Assembly: GCA_045651525.1 (NCBI GenBank)
Contig: JAZRSO010000036.1
Coordinates: forward strand, 2,016-66,015
From: Candidatus Enterousia sp.
GTDB taxonomy: Bacteria; Pseudomonadota; Alphaproteobacteria; Rs-D84
Reading direction: 5' to 3'
DNA length: 64,000 nt
Shown: positions 16,424-25,588 of the stretch, piece by piece
Layout of the letters: every line of letters begins with the position of its first letter
How positions within the stretch are numbered: position 1 is the stretch's first letter
Notes under the pieces: generated by a model
Told to the model about the DNA's origin: nothing
Databases searched by the model: none
Seen by the model: the letters and a program-made list of their open reading frames with translations, nothing else
Translations under genes and position numbers: made by a program

Positions 16424-17152
16424 ATGCGTAAAATATCTGTGTTTATGTGTTGTGCATTGTCATTGGTCGCATGTGATAAACATGATCCAATATTGCCTGG
16501 CGTACGTACTGCAATTTTTGACACGTCAAATATTGATGTACAAAACAAAACAATTACTGATTTACCCGAATCGGTAATCACAACAAATAATACACATTGC
16601 CCATATACCCAAGACGCATCTAATACAATTTGGGACGGTGAACGAAAAATATTCAGTGGGTTCGCCACACCAAATTCTGTTATCAGCAATCAAAAACCAA
16701 CCTGTGACGGAAAATATATATACGCAGGTCTGACCACAGGCGAGGTTGTAAAGTTAAACCCACGCACACGAAAAATTTTATGGATTGCGGACGTATATCG
16801 CGCCAGCAATTTAACCGGTGGCGCATCAATGGTTGATATTGTCGCACCAATTATCGCAAACAAAAACGCCGTATTTGTGGGCGGTCTGGGCGATGCGTTC
16901 TGTAAAATAAACGCAACATCGGGGGCGAAACAATGGTGCCAAAACATCAGTGTTTCAGAACCATTTATAATAACTGACAATTATGCATTTGTTGTTGGGG
17001 TGGATAATTATCTGTACGCAATTGCAACCAATAATGGCGATATATTCTGGCGCACAGAAATCGAACAACAAATTGCACCAAAATACGAAAATGGCACCAT
17101 TTTTGTTGGCAAAATGCAAATAAATGCAGAAAATGGTAAAAAAATTAAATAA
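16424..17152 (+). CDS. bamB: BamB-like PQQ-repeat beta-propeller lipoprotein (short, 242 aa)
   Basis: Lipobox ALSLVAC and repeated (Y/F)(V/A)G...G.(V/L).(K/A)(L/I)N..(T/S)G blades (YIYAGLTTGEVVKLNPRTRKILW, AFCKINATSGAKQW, YLYAIATNNGDIFW). Confidence 0.6.
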   Translation: MRKISVFMCCALSLVACDKHDPILPGVRTAIFDTSNIDVQNKTITDLPESVITTNNTHCPYTQDASNTIWDGERKIFSGFATPNSVISNQKPTCDGKYIYAGLTTGEVVKLNPRTRKILWIADVYRASNLTGGASMVDIVAPIIANKNAVFVGGLGDAFCKINATSGAKQWCQNISVSEPFIITDNYAFVVGVDNYLYAIATNNGDIFWRTEIEQQIAPKYENGTIFVGKMQINAENGKKIK

Positions 17153-17207
17153 AAAACTGGACAAACGAAAAAATATATTATATTATTTGTCCGCTGAAAC
17201 AGCAATC

Positions 17208-17284
17208 GGGTGTTTAGCTCAGTTGATTAGAGCATCTCGTTTACACCGAGAGGGTCGGGGGTTTGAGTCCCTCAACACCCACCA
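17208..17284 (+). tRNA. tRNA-Val (anticodon TAC), CCA encoded
   Basis: GGGTGTTTAGCTCAGTTGA...CTCG-TTTACAC-CGAG...GGTTTGAGTCC...AACACCCACCA. Confidence 0.9.
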
Positions 17285-17291
17285 CGAATTC

Positions 17292-17313
17292 TTCCGCCAA
17301 ATGGCGGATTTTT
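17292..17313 (+). terminator. Intrinsic terminator after tRNA-Val
   Basis: Stem TCCGCC/GGCGGA with loop aaat, followed by T5. Confidence 0.7.
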
Positions 17314-17337
17314 ATTGCGAAAAAAAGAAGAAGAAAC

Positions 17338-17535
17338 ATGAAAGCAGAAACAAAAAATAACATAAAAGAAATCTTGCAATTAATTGGTTTTACAGCCGTT
17401 GCTGTTGCATTTGTTTTTCAATTTAACAACCCCTTGAAAAAAAATGAAACAGATAACACAACAACAAAAACAATAAAAAACGATTCGATAAAAACAGATT
17501 CGATAAAAACTGTTCGATTTGCAAAAACCAGATAA
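17338..17535 (+). CDS. Small membrane protein (65 aa), hypothetical
   Basis: ATG at 17338. One TM helix (LIGFTAVAVAFVFQF) and a C-terminal repeat KNDSIKTDSIKT. Weak RBS. Confidence 0.35.
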   Translation: MKAETKNNIKEILQLIGFTAVAVAFVFQFNNPLKKNETDNTTTKTIKNDSIKTDSIKTVRFAKTR

Positions 17536-17537
17536 AA

Positions 17538-17560
17538 ATGTGCCGAAATGGCACTTTTTA
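17538..17560 (+). terminator. Intrinsic terminator
   Basis: Stem GTGCC/GGCAC with loop gaaat, followed by T5. Confidence 0.65.
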
Positions 17561-17622
17561 TTTTTGTATTTTTCTATAACATGATTTAAAATATACTCAT
17601 CAAAAACAAAAAAGGAGAAAAC

Positions 17623-18261
17623 ATGAAAAAATTAGTATCATTGGGCGCAGTGTTGGCACTGGTATCTGCATGTACAACTGTAAATCCATATACCGGACAA
17701 ACACAAACTGCAAAATCAACATGGGGAACCGCAATTGGCGCGGCAACAGGCGCACTGATTGGCAGCACACAAAGCAGCAAGGGCGCATTGATTGGCGGAC
17801 TGGCCGGCGCCGCAGTTGGCGGTGGGGTTGGATATTACCTGGATGCCCAGGCGGCAGAACTGCGTGCAGAATTGGTATCCACAGGTGTTCAGGTCGTTGA
17901 ATCTGATGACAATATCCGCTTGATTATGCCAGGCAATATTACGTTCAAAACAGATTCTGCGGACATAAACGCAAATTTCTATCCTGTATTAAATTCAGTT
18001 GCCAAGGTTTTGAACAAATACAGCAATTCAACCGTATTGGTATCTGGCCACACAGATAACACAGGCAGCGCAGAATATAATCTGAACCTGTCAAAAATGC
18101 GCGCAGAATCAGTCGCAGCATATCTGGAAGGCCAAGGCGTAAAATCAAACCGATTTGAAGTGATGGGAATGGGATATTCCAACCCAATCGCCAGCAACGA
18201 CACCGCAGCAGGCCGCGAAAAGAACAGACGCGTTGAAATTAAAATTATTCCAAACAAATAA
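17623..18261 (+). CDS. OmpA-family lipoprotein with glycine-zipper segment
   Basis: AAGGAG RBS and lipobox LALVSAC. Gly-zipper GAATGALIGS...GGLAGAAVGGGVG, then an OmpA_C domain (VSGHTDNTGSAEYNLNLSKMRAESV...NRRVEI). Confidence 0.8.
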   Translation: MKKLVSLGAVLALVSACTTVNPYTGQTQTAKSTWGTAIGAATGALIGSTQSSKGALIGGLAGAAVGGGVGYYLDAQAAELRAELVSTGVQVVESDDNIRLIMPGNITFKTDSADINANFYPVLNSVAKVLNKYSNSTVLVSGHTDNTGSAEYNLNLSKMRAESVAAYLEGQGVKSNRFEVMGMGYSNPIASNDTAAGREKNRRVEIKIIPNK

Positions 18262-18289
18262 AAAATCCCCCATTTGGGGGATTTTTTTT
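18261..18289. terminator. Bidirectional terminator (ATCCCCC/GGGGGAT family)
   Basis: Stem ATCCCCC/GGGGGAT with loop attt, an A-run before and T8 after. Confidence 0.7.
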
Positions 18290-18302
18290 GTGATTGATGT
18301 TT

Positions 18303-18602
18303 TTATTGTGGGATTGGCATACCGGCGGTTGCTTCGCCCATAACCTTGTCAATTAAAACATCCGCTTTTTCTTTGGCGTCTTTGATTGCCGCCAACACAG
18401 CCGCAGATACAACATCTGCACCTTGTGATAAAACAGATGGATGAATTGTAACTTTTAACACATCGTATTTACCTGTCATATCGATAATGCATGCACCGTT
18501 TCCTGCAATACCCTTGACATTTGTCTGCGCCAATTTTTCCTGGGCAGCAGCAACTTTGTTTTGTAATTCGGCGGCCTGCGCCATTAATGATTCCATATCC
18601 AT
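18303..18602 (-). CDS. ybaB: Nucleoid-associated protein YbaB/EbfC
   Basis: 99 aa. MESLMAQAAELQNKVAAAQEKL...V.G.AGNG...M.G...V..V.I.P matches the YbaB pattern. Confidence 0.8.
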   Translation of the reverse strand: MDMESLMAQAAELQNKVAAAQEKLAQTNVKGIAGNGACIIDMTGKYDVLKVTIHPSVLSQGADVVSAAVLAAIKDAKEKADVLIDKVMGEATAGMPIPQ

Positions 18603-18603
18603 A

Positions 18604-18960
18604 TTATTTCTCCTTTATATGCAACATTTGTAACGCATTGCGTGGAATATACAAAGCATCAGACCAAAATTTTTTCAGTTCCAGTTTTGGTATTGCTTCG
18701 TTATTCGCATATTGTACAGCAGTTTTAAAGTCAGCAAATACCTTATCATCAGAAACCATGGGCATAACCCTTCTGGTACCTGCCATACTTGTTGACATAC
18801 TTGTCACAAGAAAATTATATTCTTTGGTGTCATTATTCTGTTCAATAACAGGAAAAAAGTTTGCATACACATAAGCTCTGATACTTGGAACTTCTTGGAC
18901 TGGGCAACCCAAATGGGCTGCCCACTGTTTATCTGTCCAATCTAATTGTTCTTTCGTCAT
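18604..18960 (-). CDS. Hypothetical protein (118 aa)
   Basis: AAGGA RBS overlapping the pnp stop. The stop lies 1 nt before the ybaB ATG. No motif recognised. Confidence 0.45.
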   Translation of the reverse strand: MTKEQLDWTDKQWAAHLGCPVQEVPSIRAYVYANFFPVIEQNNDTKEYNFLVTSMSTSMAGTRRVMPMVSDDKVFADFKTAVQYANNEAIPKLELKKFWSDALYIPRNALQMLHIKEK

Positions 18961-18970
18961 TTATACGTCC

Positions 18971-21133
18971 TTATTTCTTGATTTCTTCGCCTGTTTTCTG
19001 GTCGATTCCAACCATAGACATACGTGTTTTGCCACGTTTATCGGCGCCCAAGAAACGAACATAAACTGTATCGCCTTCTTTGATTTTTGTATCTTCGATT
19101 TTTGCGATACGTTCACCTGTGATTTCAGAAATATGAACCATTGCTTCGAATCCGTTCATAATTTTTACAAACAGACCAAAGTCTTTCATACCAGATACTG
19201 TACCTTTATAGATTTGGCCAACTTCTGGTTCTGCAACGATTTCTTTGATGCGTGCGATTGCGGCATCTGCATCTTCTTTGGCAACCGCCATAATCTTGAC
19301 AGTACCGTCGTCTTCCAAATCAATGATTGTGTTTGTTTCACGAACCAAGGCCTGGATAACACTGCCGCCCTTGCCGATTACTTCACGTACCTTGTCTGGA
19401 TGGATTTTCATAGTGTACAATTGCGGCGCATATTCAGAAACATGTGCGCGTGGCTTTTTAATTGCCTTTTCAATTTTACCCAAGATATGCATACGGCCAT
19501 CTTTTGCCTGGGCCAATGCACGTTCCATAATTTCAAATGTGATAGATGTAATTTTAATATCCATTTGCAACGCTGTGACACCTTGGTCTGTACCCGTTAC
19601 TTTAAAGTCCATATCGCCCAAGTGGTCTTCGTCACCCAAAATGTCTGTCAGAATTGCGTAATCATCGCCTTCTTTAATCAGACCCATCGCGATACCCGCA
19701 ACCGGACGTTTCATTGGAACACCACCGTCCATCATTGCCAATGTCGCACCACATGTTGTTGCCATTGATGATGAACCGTTTGATTCCAAAATATCGGAAA
19801 CGATACGAATTACATAATCAAATTCGCTGCGACTTGGTACCATTGGATGAACCGCGCGCCATGCCAAGTTACCGTGACCAATTTCACGACGGCCTGGGGA
19901 TTTCAAGCCTTTGCATTCGCCAACAGAATAACCTGGGAAGTTATAGTTCAAGATAAAGTCACGTTCTTCGGCACCGTCCAAAGATTCAATTGGTAACGCA
20001 TCTTTGCCACCACCCAATGTCAATGATACCAGCGCCTGTGTTTCACCGCGTGTGAACAATGCAGAACCGTGTGCGCGTGGCAGAACACCCAATTCAATTT
20101 CAATTGGACGAACTGTTTTATTATCACGACCGTCAATACGTGGTTTGCCCGCCAAGATATTGCCGCGCATAATACGTGCAGTCAGATTTTCAATAACTTC
20201 GTCTGCCCATGATTCCAGCGTTGATGTTGCACGTGTTGTTTCTGGGAACAATTCTGCAATACGTTCTTTGGCCACAGTGTGAATTGATGCCAATGTTTCC
20301 AAACGAGTCAACTTTTCTTTAATCTGTAATGCTGATTCAATTTCACCGGCAAAACTTTCAAAGTTTTCTTCCATTGTGATTTGTTCTGCTGTTTTTTCAG
20401 GTGTTGCCCAACGTTCTTTACCGGCCTTGTCTGCCAATTCATTGATAGCCGCAATAACAGTCTGCTGTGCATCAAAACCGAATTTAACAGCACCCAATAC
20501 AGTCGCTTCGTCCAATTCGCCAATTTCTGATTCAACCATCAATACGCCGTCTTTTGTTGCAGCAACAACCAAATCCATTTCAGATTCTTCGACCGCTTTC
20601 TTTGATGGGTTCAAGATATATTTACCATCTGCATAGCCAACACGCGCAGCACCAATTGGGCCTTGGAAAGGAACACCACTTAATGCCAACGCAGCAGATG
20701 ACGCAATCATCGCCAAGATGTCAGGTTGATTCTTTTTATCATATGAAAATACCTGGGCGATAATTTGAACCTTGTTCTTGAATGTTTCTGGGAACAAAGG
20801 ACGAATTGGTCGGTCAATCAAACGTGCAGTCAATGTTTCTGCAGTTGATGCCTTGCCTTCGCGTCTGTCGCGTGAACCTGGGATACGACCCGCAGATGCA
20901 AATTTTTCTTGATAATCAACAGTCAATGGGAAGAAGTCTTGACCTTCGACTGCAGCTTTTTCGGCACATACAGTTGCCAAAACCATTGTACCACCCATTG
21001 TTGCCAAAACAGAACCGTTTGCCTGTTTCGCCATACGACCTGTTTCCAAACGCAGTGTTTCATCACCGTATGGAATTTCAACAATAACTGGATTGTTTAA
21101 TTTAGCGTCTTTCTTAAATAAGCCAAATACCAT
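18971..21133 (-). CDS. pnp: Polyribonucleotide nucleotidyltransferase (PNPase)
   Basis: 720 aa with two RNase PH domains (GSSSMATTCGATLAMMDGGVP), then KH (IGKGGSVIQAL) and S1 (GQIYKGTVSGMKDFGLFV) domains. Confidence 0.95.
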   Translation of the reverse strand: MVFGLFKKDAKLNNPVIVEIPYGDETLRLETGRMAKQANGSVLATMGGTMVLATVCAEKAAVEGQDFFPLTVDYQEKFASAGRIPGSRDRREGKASTAETLTARLIDRPIRPLFPETFKNKVQIIAQVFSYDKKNQPDILAMIASSAALALSGVPFQGPIGAARVGYADGKYILNPSKKAVEESEMDLVVAATKDGVLMVESEIGELDEATVLGAVKFGFDAQQTVIAAINELADKAGKERWATPEKTAEQITMEENFESFAGEIESALQIKEKLTRLETLASIHTVAKERIAELFPETTRATSTLESWADEVIENLTARIMRGNILAGKPRIDGRDNKTVRPIEIELGVLPRAHGSALFTRGETQALVSLTLGGGKDALPIESLDGAEERDFILNYNFPGYSVGECKGLKSPGRREIGHGNLAWRAVHPMVPSRSEFDYVIRIVSDILESNGSSSMATTCGATLAMMDGGVPMKRPVAGIAMGLIKEGDDYAILTDILGDEDHLGDMDFKVTGTDQGVTALQMDIKITSITFEIMERALAQAKDGRMHILGKIEKAIKKPRAHVSEYAPQLYTMKIHPDKVREVIGKGGSVIQALVRETNTIIDLEDDGTVKIMAVAKEDADAAIARIKEIVAEPEVGQIYKGTVSGMKDFGLFVKIMNGFEAMVHISEITGERIAKIEDTKIKEGDTVYVRFLGADKRGKTRMSMVGIDQKTGEEIKK

Positions 21134-21266
21134 TTATTTTTCTCCATATTTTTTTGTTTCATCAATGCGAAGAAAAATCATTCGTTTCTGTACCCTGGGA
21201 CAGGCACACAAAAGAACAATTTCATCTTCGCCGTGCAAATTATAGAACATATTTACCGGTTTGCAA
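21134..21266 (-). promoter_or_regulatory. pnp promoter and ~100-nt leader with long-range stem
   Basis: On the minus strand: TTGCAA (21266-21261), 16 nt, TATAAT (21244-21239). GCGAAGA (21231-21225) pairs with TCTTCGC (21173-21167). Confidence 0.4.
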
Positions 21267-21331
21267 ATAAAATCCATATAAAAAAACACTAAAAAATATG
21301 ATATAATGTCCAGGTTACCAAAAGGAAAAAC

Positions 21332-23095
21332 ATGCAATTCCCATCCAGTGTATTCAAATTCTATACTAAAAATTTCTGGCGTTACTGTGGCGCAATGTCG
21401 TTAGTGTATTCTGTACTGGCGATTATTGATACACTGGGACTAAACCTGCTGCCTGCATTTGTTTTAAGTGAAACGGTCAACGCAATTGAATCTAACCCAG
21501 CAGACATGGTGTTTCATGCGGTATTAAATGTCGCAATTGTATATTTTATATTGCGTGGCCTGCAATGGTGTGCGTCTATTTTGCGTTGGTTTGTCTTTGA
21601 CAGTATAATTAAATACAAATCATACAATAAAATTTCATCAGATTTATACGATTATGTATTCAAACAAAGTACAGAATACTATACCGCAACAATGCCTGGA
21701 AAAATTTCCAGCCAAATACATCAAATTGCAGAATCTTTCTATGAAACAGTTGAATTGATTTTCGGTACATTAACTGGTGTAATAGCTGCCTTTTTCATAT
21801 CTGCATCTGGTCTGCTGGCGATTGGATGGCAATATCTGTTGGTTATAACATTTGCTGTGACATTCCGTATAACATGGGGCGCGTTTACAGTAAAGAAATC
21901 ATTAAAGACCGCCGCAAATGCTGCATCAACATTAAATACGTTACAGGGGCGCTTGCTGGACGCGTTATCTAATTTTCCGGTGGTAAAATCGTTTGCACGC
22001 AGTGCGTTTGAACAAAAATTTGCAGAACCAATTCGTGATAAATACCAAATGGATGCACGCACACAGCACTTTTGGTCACGTTTTTTCTGGGCGCCAGGGA
22101 ATTTGATGATGGATACAGTTTGCTTTACAATATTTATCATCTTGGCGGGATATATGTACAGCATCGGTCAATCAACAGTTGCAGATGTATCTTTTGCGCT
22201 GGCGATATATGTCGCAATCAGCACTATTGCATTTAACTTGGTTTTCACGATGAAATATTTTACAAATAAATTGGGGAACGCGGTCGGTTCTTATAACACA
22301 CTTATAAAACCAATATCTGTCCAAGATGACGAAAACGCACCAAAACTAAAAATCAAAAACGCAGATATAGATATACAAAAACTGTCATTTAAGTATAACA
22401 AAAAATTCGTCTTGAAAGATTTCAATTTACATATTCAGCCTGGTGAAAAAGTTGGCTTGGTCGGACTTAGCGGTGCAGGCAAAACCACACTGGTAAATCT
22501 GATTATGCGCATGTACGACCCAACAAGCGGACAAATCAATATTGACGGACAAAATATCAAACACGTAACCCAGGATTCACTGCGTCAAAACATCGCGTTT
22601 ATCCCACAAGATTCAACAATGTTTAACCGTACACTGCGCGAAAATATCGCATACGGTCGCCCAAACGCATCAGAGAATGAAATCATATCTGCGACAAAAA
22701 AGGCATCTGCACACACATTTATTTGCAACGCAAATGACGGATATAACACACTGGTTGGTGACCGCGGAATAAAACTGTCTGGCGGACAACGTCAAAGAAT
22801 TGCAATCGCACGCGCGTTCTTGAAAGACAGCCCTATTTTAATTCTGGACGAAGCGACCGCCGCATTGGATTCAGAAACAGAAAACGCAATTCAAAAGTCT
22901 TTTATGCGACTGTCCAAGAATCGCACAACACTGGTTATTGCACACAGATTATCAACACTGAAAAATATGGACAGAATAATTGTGCTGGACCATGGTAAAA
23001 TTGTCGAAAGCGGGACACACGAACAATTATTGCGAAATAAAAAAATATATTCCAGATTGTGGAAAATGCAATCCGGTGGATTTATTCAAGAATAA
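21332..23095 (+). CDS. ABC exporter, fused permease/ATPase (MsbA-like)
   Basis: Six N-terminal TM helices. Walker A GLSGAGKTT, signature LSGGQRQRIAIARA, Walker B ILILDEATAALD. Confidence 0.85.
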   Translation: MQFPSSVFKFYTKNFWRYCGAMSLVYSVLAIIDTLGLNLLPAFVLSETVNAIESNPADMVFHAVLNVAIVYFILRGLQWCASILRWFVFDSIIKYKSYNKISSDLYDYVFKQSTEYYTATMPGKISSQIHQIAESFYETVELIFGTLTGVIAAFFISASGLLAIGWQYLLVITFAVTFRITWGAFTVKKSLKTAANAASTLNTLQGRLLDALSNFPVVKSFARSAFEQKFAEPIRDKYQMDARTQHFWSRFFWAPGNLMMDTVCFTIFIILAGYMYSIGQSTVADVSFALAIYVAISTIAFNLVFTMKYFTNKLGNAVGSYNTLIKPISVQDDENAPKLKIKNADIDIQKLSFKYNKKFVLKDFNLHIQPGEKVGLVGLSGAGKTTLVNLIMRMYDPTSGQINIDGQNIKHVTQDSLRQNIAFIPQDSTMFNRTLRENIAYGRPNASENEIISATKKASAHTFICNANDGYNTLVGDRGIKLSGGQRQRIAIARAFLKDSPILILDEATAALDSETENAIQKSFMRLSKNRTTLVIAHRLSTLKNMDRIIVLDHGKIVESGTHEQLLRNKKIYSRLWKMQSGGFIQE

Positions 23096-23121
23096 AAAAA
23101 CGCCCAAACGGGCGTTTTTTT
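23094..23121. terminator. Bidirectional terminator
   Basis: Stem CGCCC/GGGCG with loop aaac, flanked by A7 and T7. Confidence 0.7.
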
Positions 23122-23132
23122 CAACAGATAAA

Positions 23133-24149
23133 TTACTGCGCAACTGTATCAAGTTCTGCAATTAATGCCTTTAATCTGTCGCCTGTATCAGTATCACCCA
23201 ACACAACAGCGATTGAATGTGCAGATTCCAGGTCATTACGCGCCGCATCCTTGTTACCCAGTTGCAAATTCAATGCAGCAGATTTTTCAAAATATCCCAT
23301 CGCTTTGTTTGATAACGCTTCGCGTTCGTCCATTGATGGTGCGCCTTGAATCTGTTCAGAAATTACACGCACAGCAGAAGAATAATCATTTACAGCATCT
23401 GCATATTTACCCAATGCTGTGTACGCTTCGGCGCGATCTGCATATACCGTTGGGTCAACAACACCTTCTGGTCTTGCCAATGAATTTGTAAAGTCTGCAA
23501 TTGCACCTTCCCAGTTCTTGGACCACAAATTCAAACGGCCACGTTTTGCATACAAGTCACGCATTTGTAATGCCGAACTTGGGTTTGTTGCATTTGCAGC
23601 CAAAGCATTGTTTATATCATTCATAGCAGATGCATAATCTTCCAATCTGGCGTTTAACAAGTAACGGTCATAGTATGCAACAGCACTTGCAGGGTCTTTT
23701 GACAGTGCAGTGTTATAATCTGCCATTGCGTTTGCATAGTCGCCAGATTGCATATACGCTTCGCCACGCAGGATATATGTATCAACAGATGCAACACCTG
23801 TATCAATCGCGGCTGTTAAATCTGCAATTGCGTCTTCGATATTACCTGTTGCTAATTTTACCTTGCCGCTTTCCAGATAATCGCCAGCCTGCAACAATAC
23901 TTCTTCGGTAATTTCAATATTTGCAACGCTGGGTTGCGCGTTATGACTGCGCCCCAAGATATAAAATGTTGATGCAATAAAGAACAAAATTATAAACCAA
24001 TAAACATAAATAGACACAGACCATGGATTAAAACATGGTTTTGTTTTTTCTGTTTTTACAGTTGGTTTAGACGCCACAGGACGAACCTTTGCCACTGTTT
24101 TTGTGGTCTTGATGTTTTTCTTGGTGTTTTTTACAGGTGTTTTTTTCAT
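23133..24149 (-). CDS. Membrane-anchored TPR-repeat protein
   Basis: Lys-rich N-terminus and one TM helix (IYVYWFIILFFIASTFYIL). Followed by TPR-like repeats (GDYANAMADYNTALSKDP, GKYADAVNDYSSAVRV). Confidence 0.6.
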   Translation of the reverse strand: MKKTPVKNTKKNIKTTKTVAKVRPVASKPTVKTEKTKPCFNPWSVSIYVYWFIILFFIASTFYILGRSHNAQPSVANIEITEEVLLQAGDYLESGKVKLATGNIEDAIADLTAAIDTGVASVDTYILRGEAYMQSGDYANAMADYNTALSKDPASAVAYYDRYLLNARLEDYASAMNDINNALAANATNPSSALQMRDLYAKRGRLNLWSKNWEGAIADFTNSLARPEGVVDPTVYADRAEAYTALGKYADAVNDYSSAVRVISEQIQGAPSMDEREALSNKAMGYFEKSAALNLQLGNKDAARNDLESAHSIAVVLGDTDTGDRLKALIAELDTVAQ

Positions 24150-24178
24150 TGTAAATCTCCCTTCCTTTTAATGGAATA

Positions 24179-24877
24179 TTAAAGAGATTTTAACAGTTCG
24201 TCAATTGTTTTCTGCGGTACTTGTTCAATTTTTCCAACAGGCAGTGTTTTTAGTTTTATATTCCCAAAAGACACACGATGTAATTTATGCACAGGACAAC
24301 CGCACGCAGCCAAAACAATTCTAACCTCGTTCTTTTTGCCTTCGCATATTTCAACACGCAGGTTAGAACCACCAATGCAATCTATTTTCATTGGCGAATA
24401 TTTTACGCCATCAACAGTTATTCCACGACGCGCAGCATCCAATCCAGAAAAATCACGCCCCGATACCGTTGCGATATACACACGTGGAATCTTGGACGAC
24501 GGTAATGTCATACGTCTGGCAAATTCGCCATCATTGGTCAATAACAGCAACCCCGTCGTCTTGAAATCAAGACGACCAACATACTTTAAATTTCTGTATT
24601 CCAACGGCAGACAATCATATATTGTGCGACGCCCCTGGGGGTCAGACGTCGTTGTCATTGTGTTTATCGGTTTATGATACATAAAAACCTGTGTTTCGTT
24701 TCGCTGGGTTATTTTTTTGCCGCGCACCAGTATCACATCATCTTCTTCGACAAAAAACACAGGTGAATCTATAACTGAACCATTGACGCGCACCAAGCCA
24801 GATTTAATCAGTTCTTCGGCCTGACGACGTGATGCAACACCAGAATCAGCAATAACCTTGGCAATACGTATTCCCAT
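24179..24877 (-). CDS. Pseudouridine synthase, RsuA/RluB family
   Basis: S4 domain (GVASRRQAEELIKSGLVRVNG) and catalytic motif VGRLDFKTTGLLLLTNDGE. Confidence 0.85.
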   Translation of the reverse strand: MGIRIAKVIADSGVASRRQAEELIKSGLVRVNGSVIDSPVFFVEEDDVILVRGKKITQRNETQVFMYHKPINTMTTTSDPQGRRTIYDCLPLEYRNLKYVGRLDFKTTGLLLLTNDGEFARRMTLPSSKIPRVYIATVSGRDFSGLDAARRGITVDGVKYSPMKIDCIGGSNLRVEICEGKKNEVRIVLAACGCPVHKLHRVSFGNIKLKTLPVGKIEQVPQKTIDELLKSL

Positions 24878-25533
24878 TATTTTACCACCTTTGCAATTGC
24901 AATTGATGCCGCCAATTCTGCACGCAATATCGTCTTGCCCAGCGATATACCACGCGCACCCGCCGCATCCAGCGCATTAAATTCGTCTTCTGAAAAACCG
25001 CCTTCGGGACCAATCAGTATAGATGTTACATCCCCTGCCCCAGATGGTAATTCTTTGCCATAAGCCGCACGTTCGTCCGCAAATACAATGTCCGACAAAT
25101 CAAGTTCTGAAAATTTTATCGGATTTAATATCTTTGGCGCACTGTTACGATTAGATTGTTCTGATGCCTCAATCACGATTTTTTGCATACGTTCCCAGTT
25201 TATGTGATTTGCATTTGTTCGTGCTGTTATCACAGGCAAAAATTCTGCAACGCCCATTTGTGTCGCCATATTTAACAAATCGTCTGTACGTTTAATCGGT
25301 GCAAACATCAATCTGATATTATTTGACGGGTCTGGGTGCGCTGTTTGTGCGCCAACTGTTAAAACACGACCATCATCAGATAATACAGCACTATATTCAT
25401 TTCCATTCCCGAACACTAAACATTCTGTTGTTCGCATAACACGCGTTAAATAGTGCGAAACACTGCGTTCAACAGGTATAACCATACCGCTTGCGATATT
25501 TTCACCAACAAAAATTCTTGGAATATTTTTCAT
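24877..25533 (-). CDS. rsmE: 16S rRNA (uracil1498-N3)-methyltransferase RsmE
   Basis: C-terminal IGPEGGFSEDEF...LGKTILRAELA signature. Overlaps the next gene by 1 nt. Confidence 0.8.
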   Translation of the reverse strand: MKNIPRIFVGENIASGMVIPVERSVSHYLTRVMRTTECLVFGNGNEYSAVLSDDGRVLTVGAQTAHPDPSNNIRLMFAPIKRTDDLLNMATQMGVAEFLPVITARTNANHINWERMQKIVIEASEQSNRNSAPKILNPIKFSELDLSDIVFADERAAYGKELPSGAGDVTSILIGPEGGFSEDEFNALDAAGARGISLGKTILRAELAASIAIAKVVK

Positions 25534-25588
25534 ATTTTTACATTTCCTGATTTTCTATTTTCGTTTTTTCTGATATAATATTATCACT

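Noticed and set aside
19133-20636. Several 80-211-aa plus-strand ORFs within pnp
   Set aside because: They are antisense to PNPase, are Cys/His/Phe-rich nonsense sequences, and have no start context.
21134-21337. 67-aa minus-strand ORF directly upstream of pnp
   Set aside because: It has no RBS, it spans two divergent promoters, and its composition is atypical. I interpret this region as the pnp leader and promoter instead.
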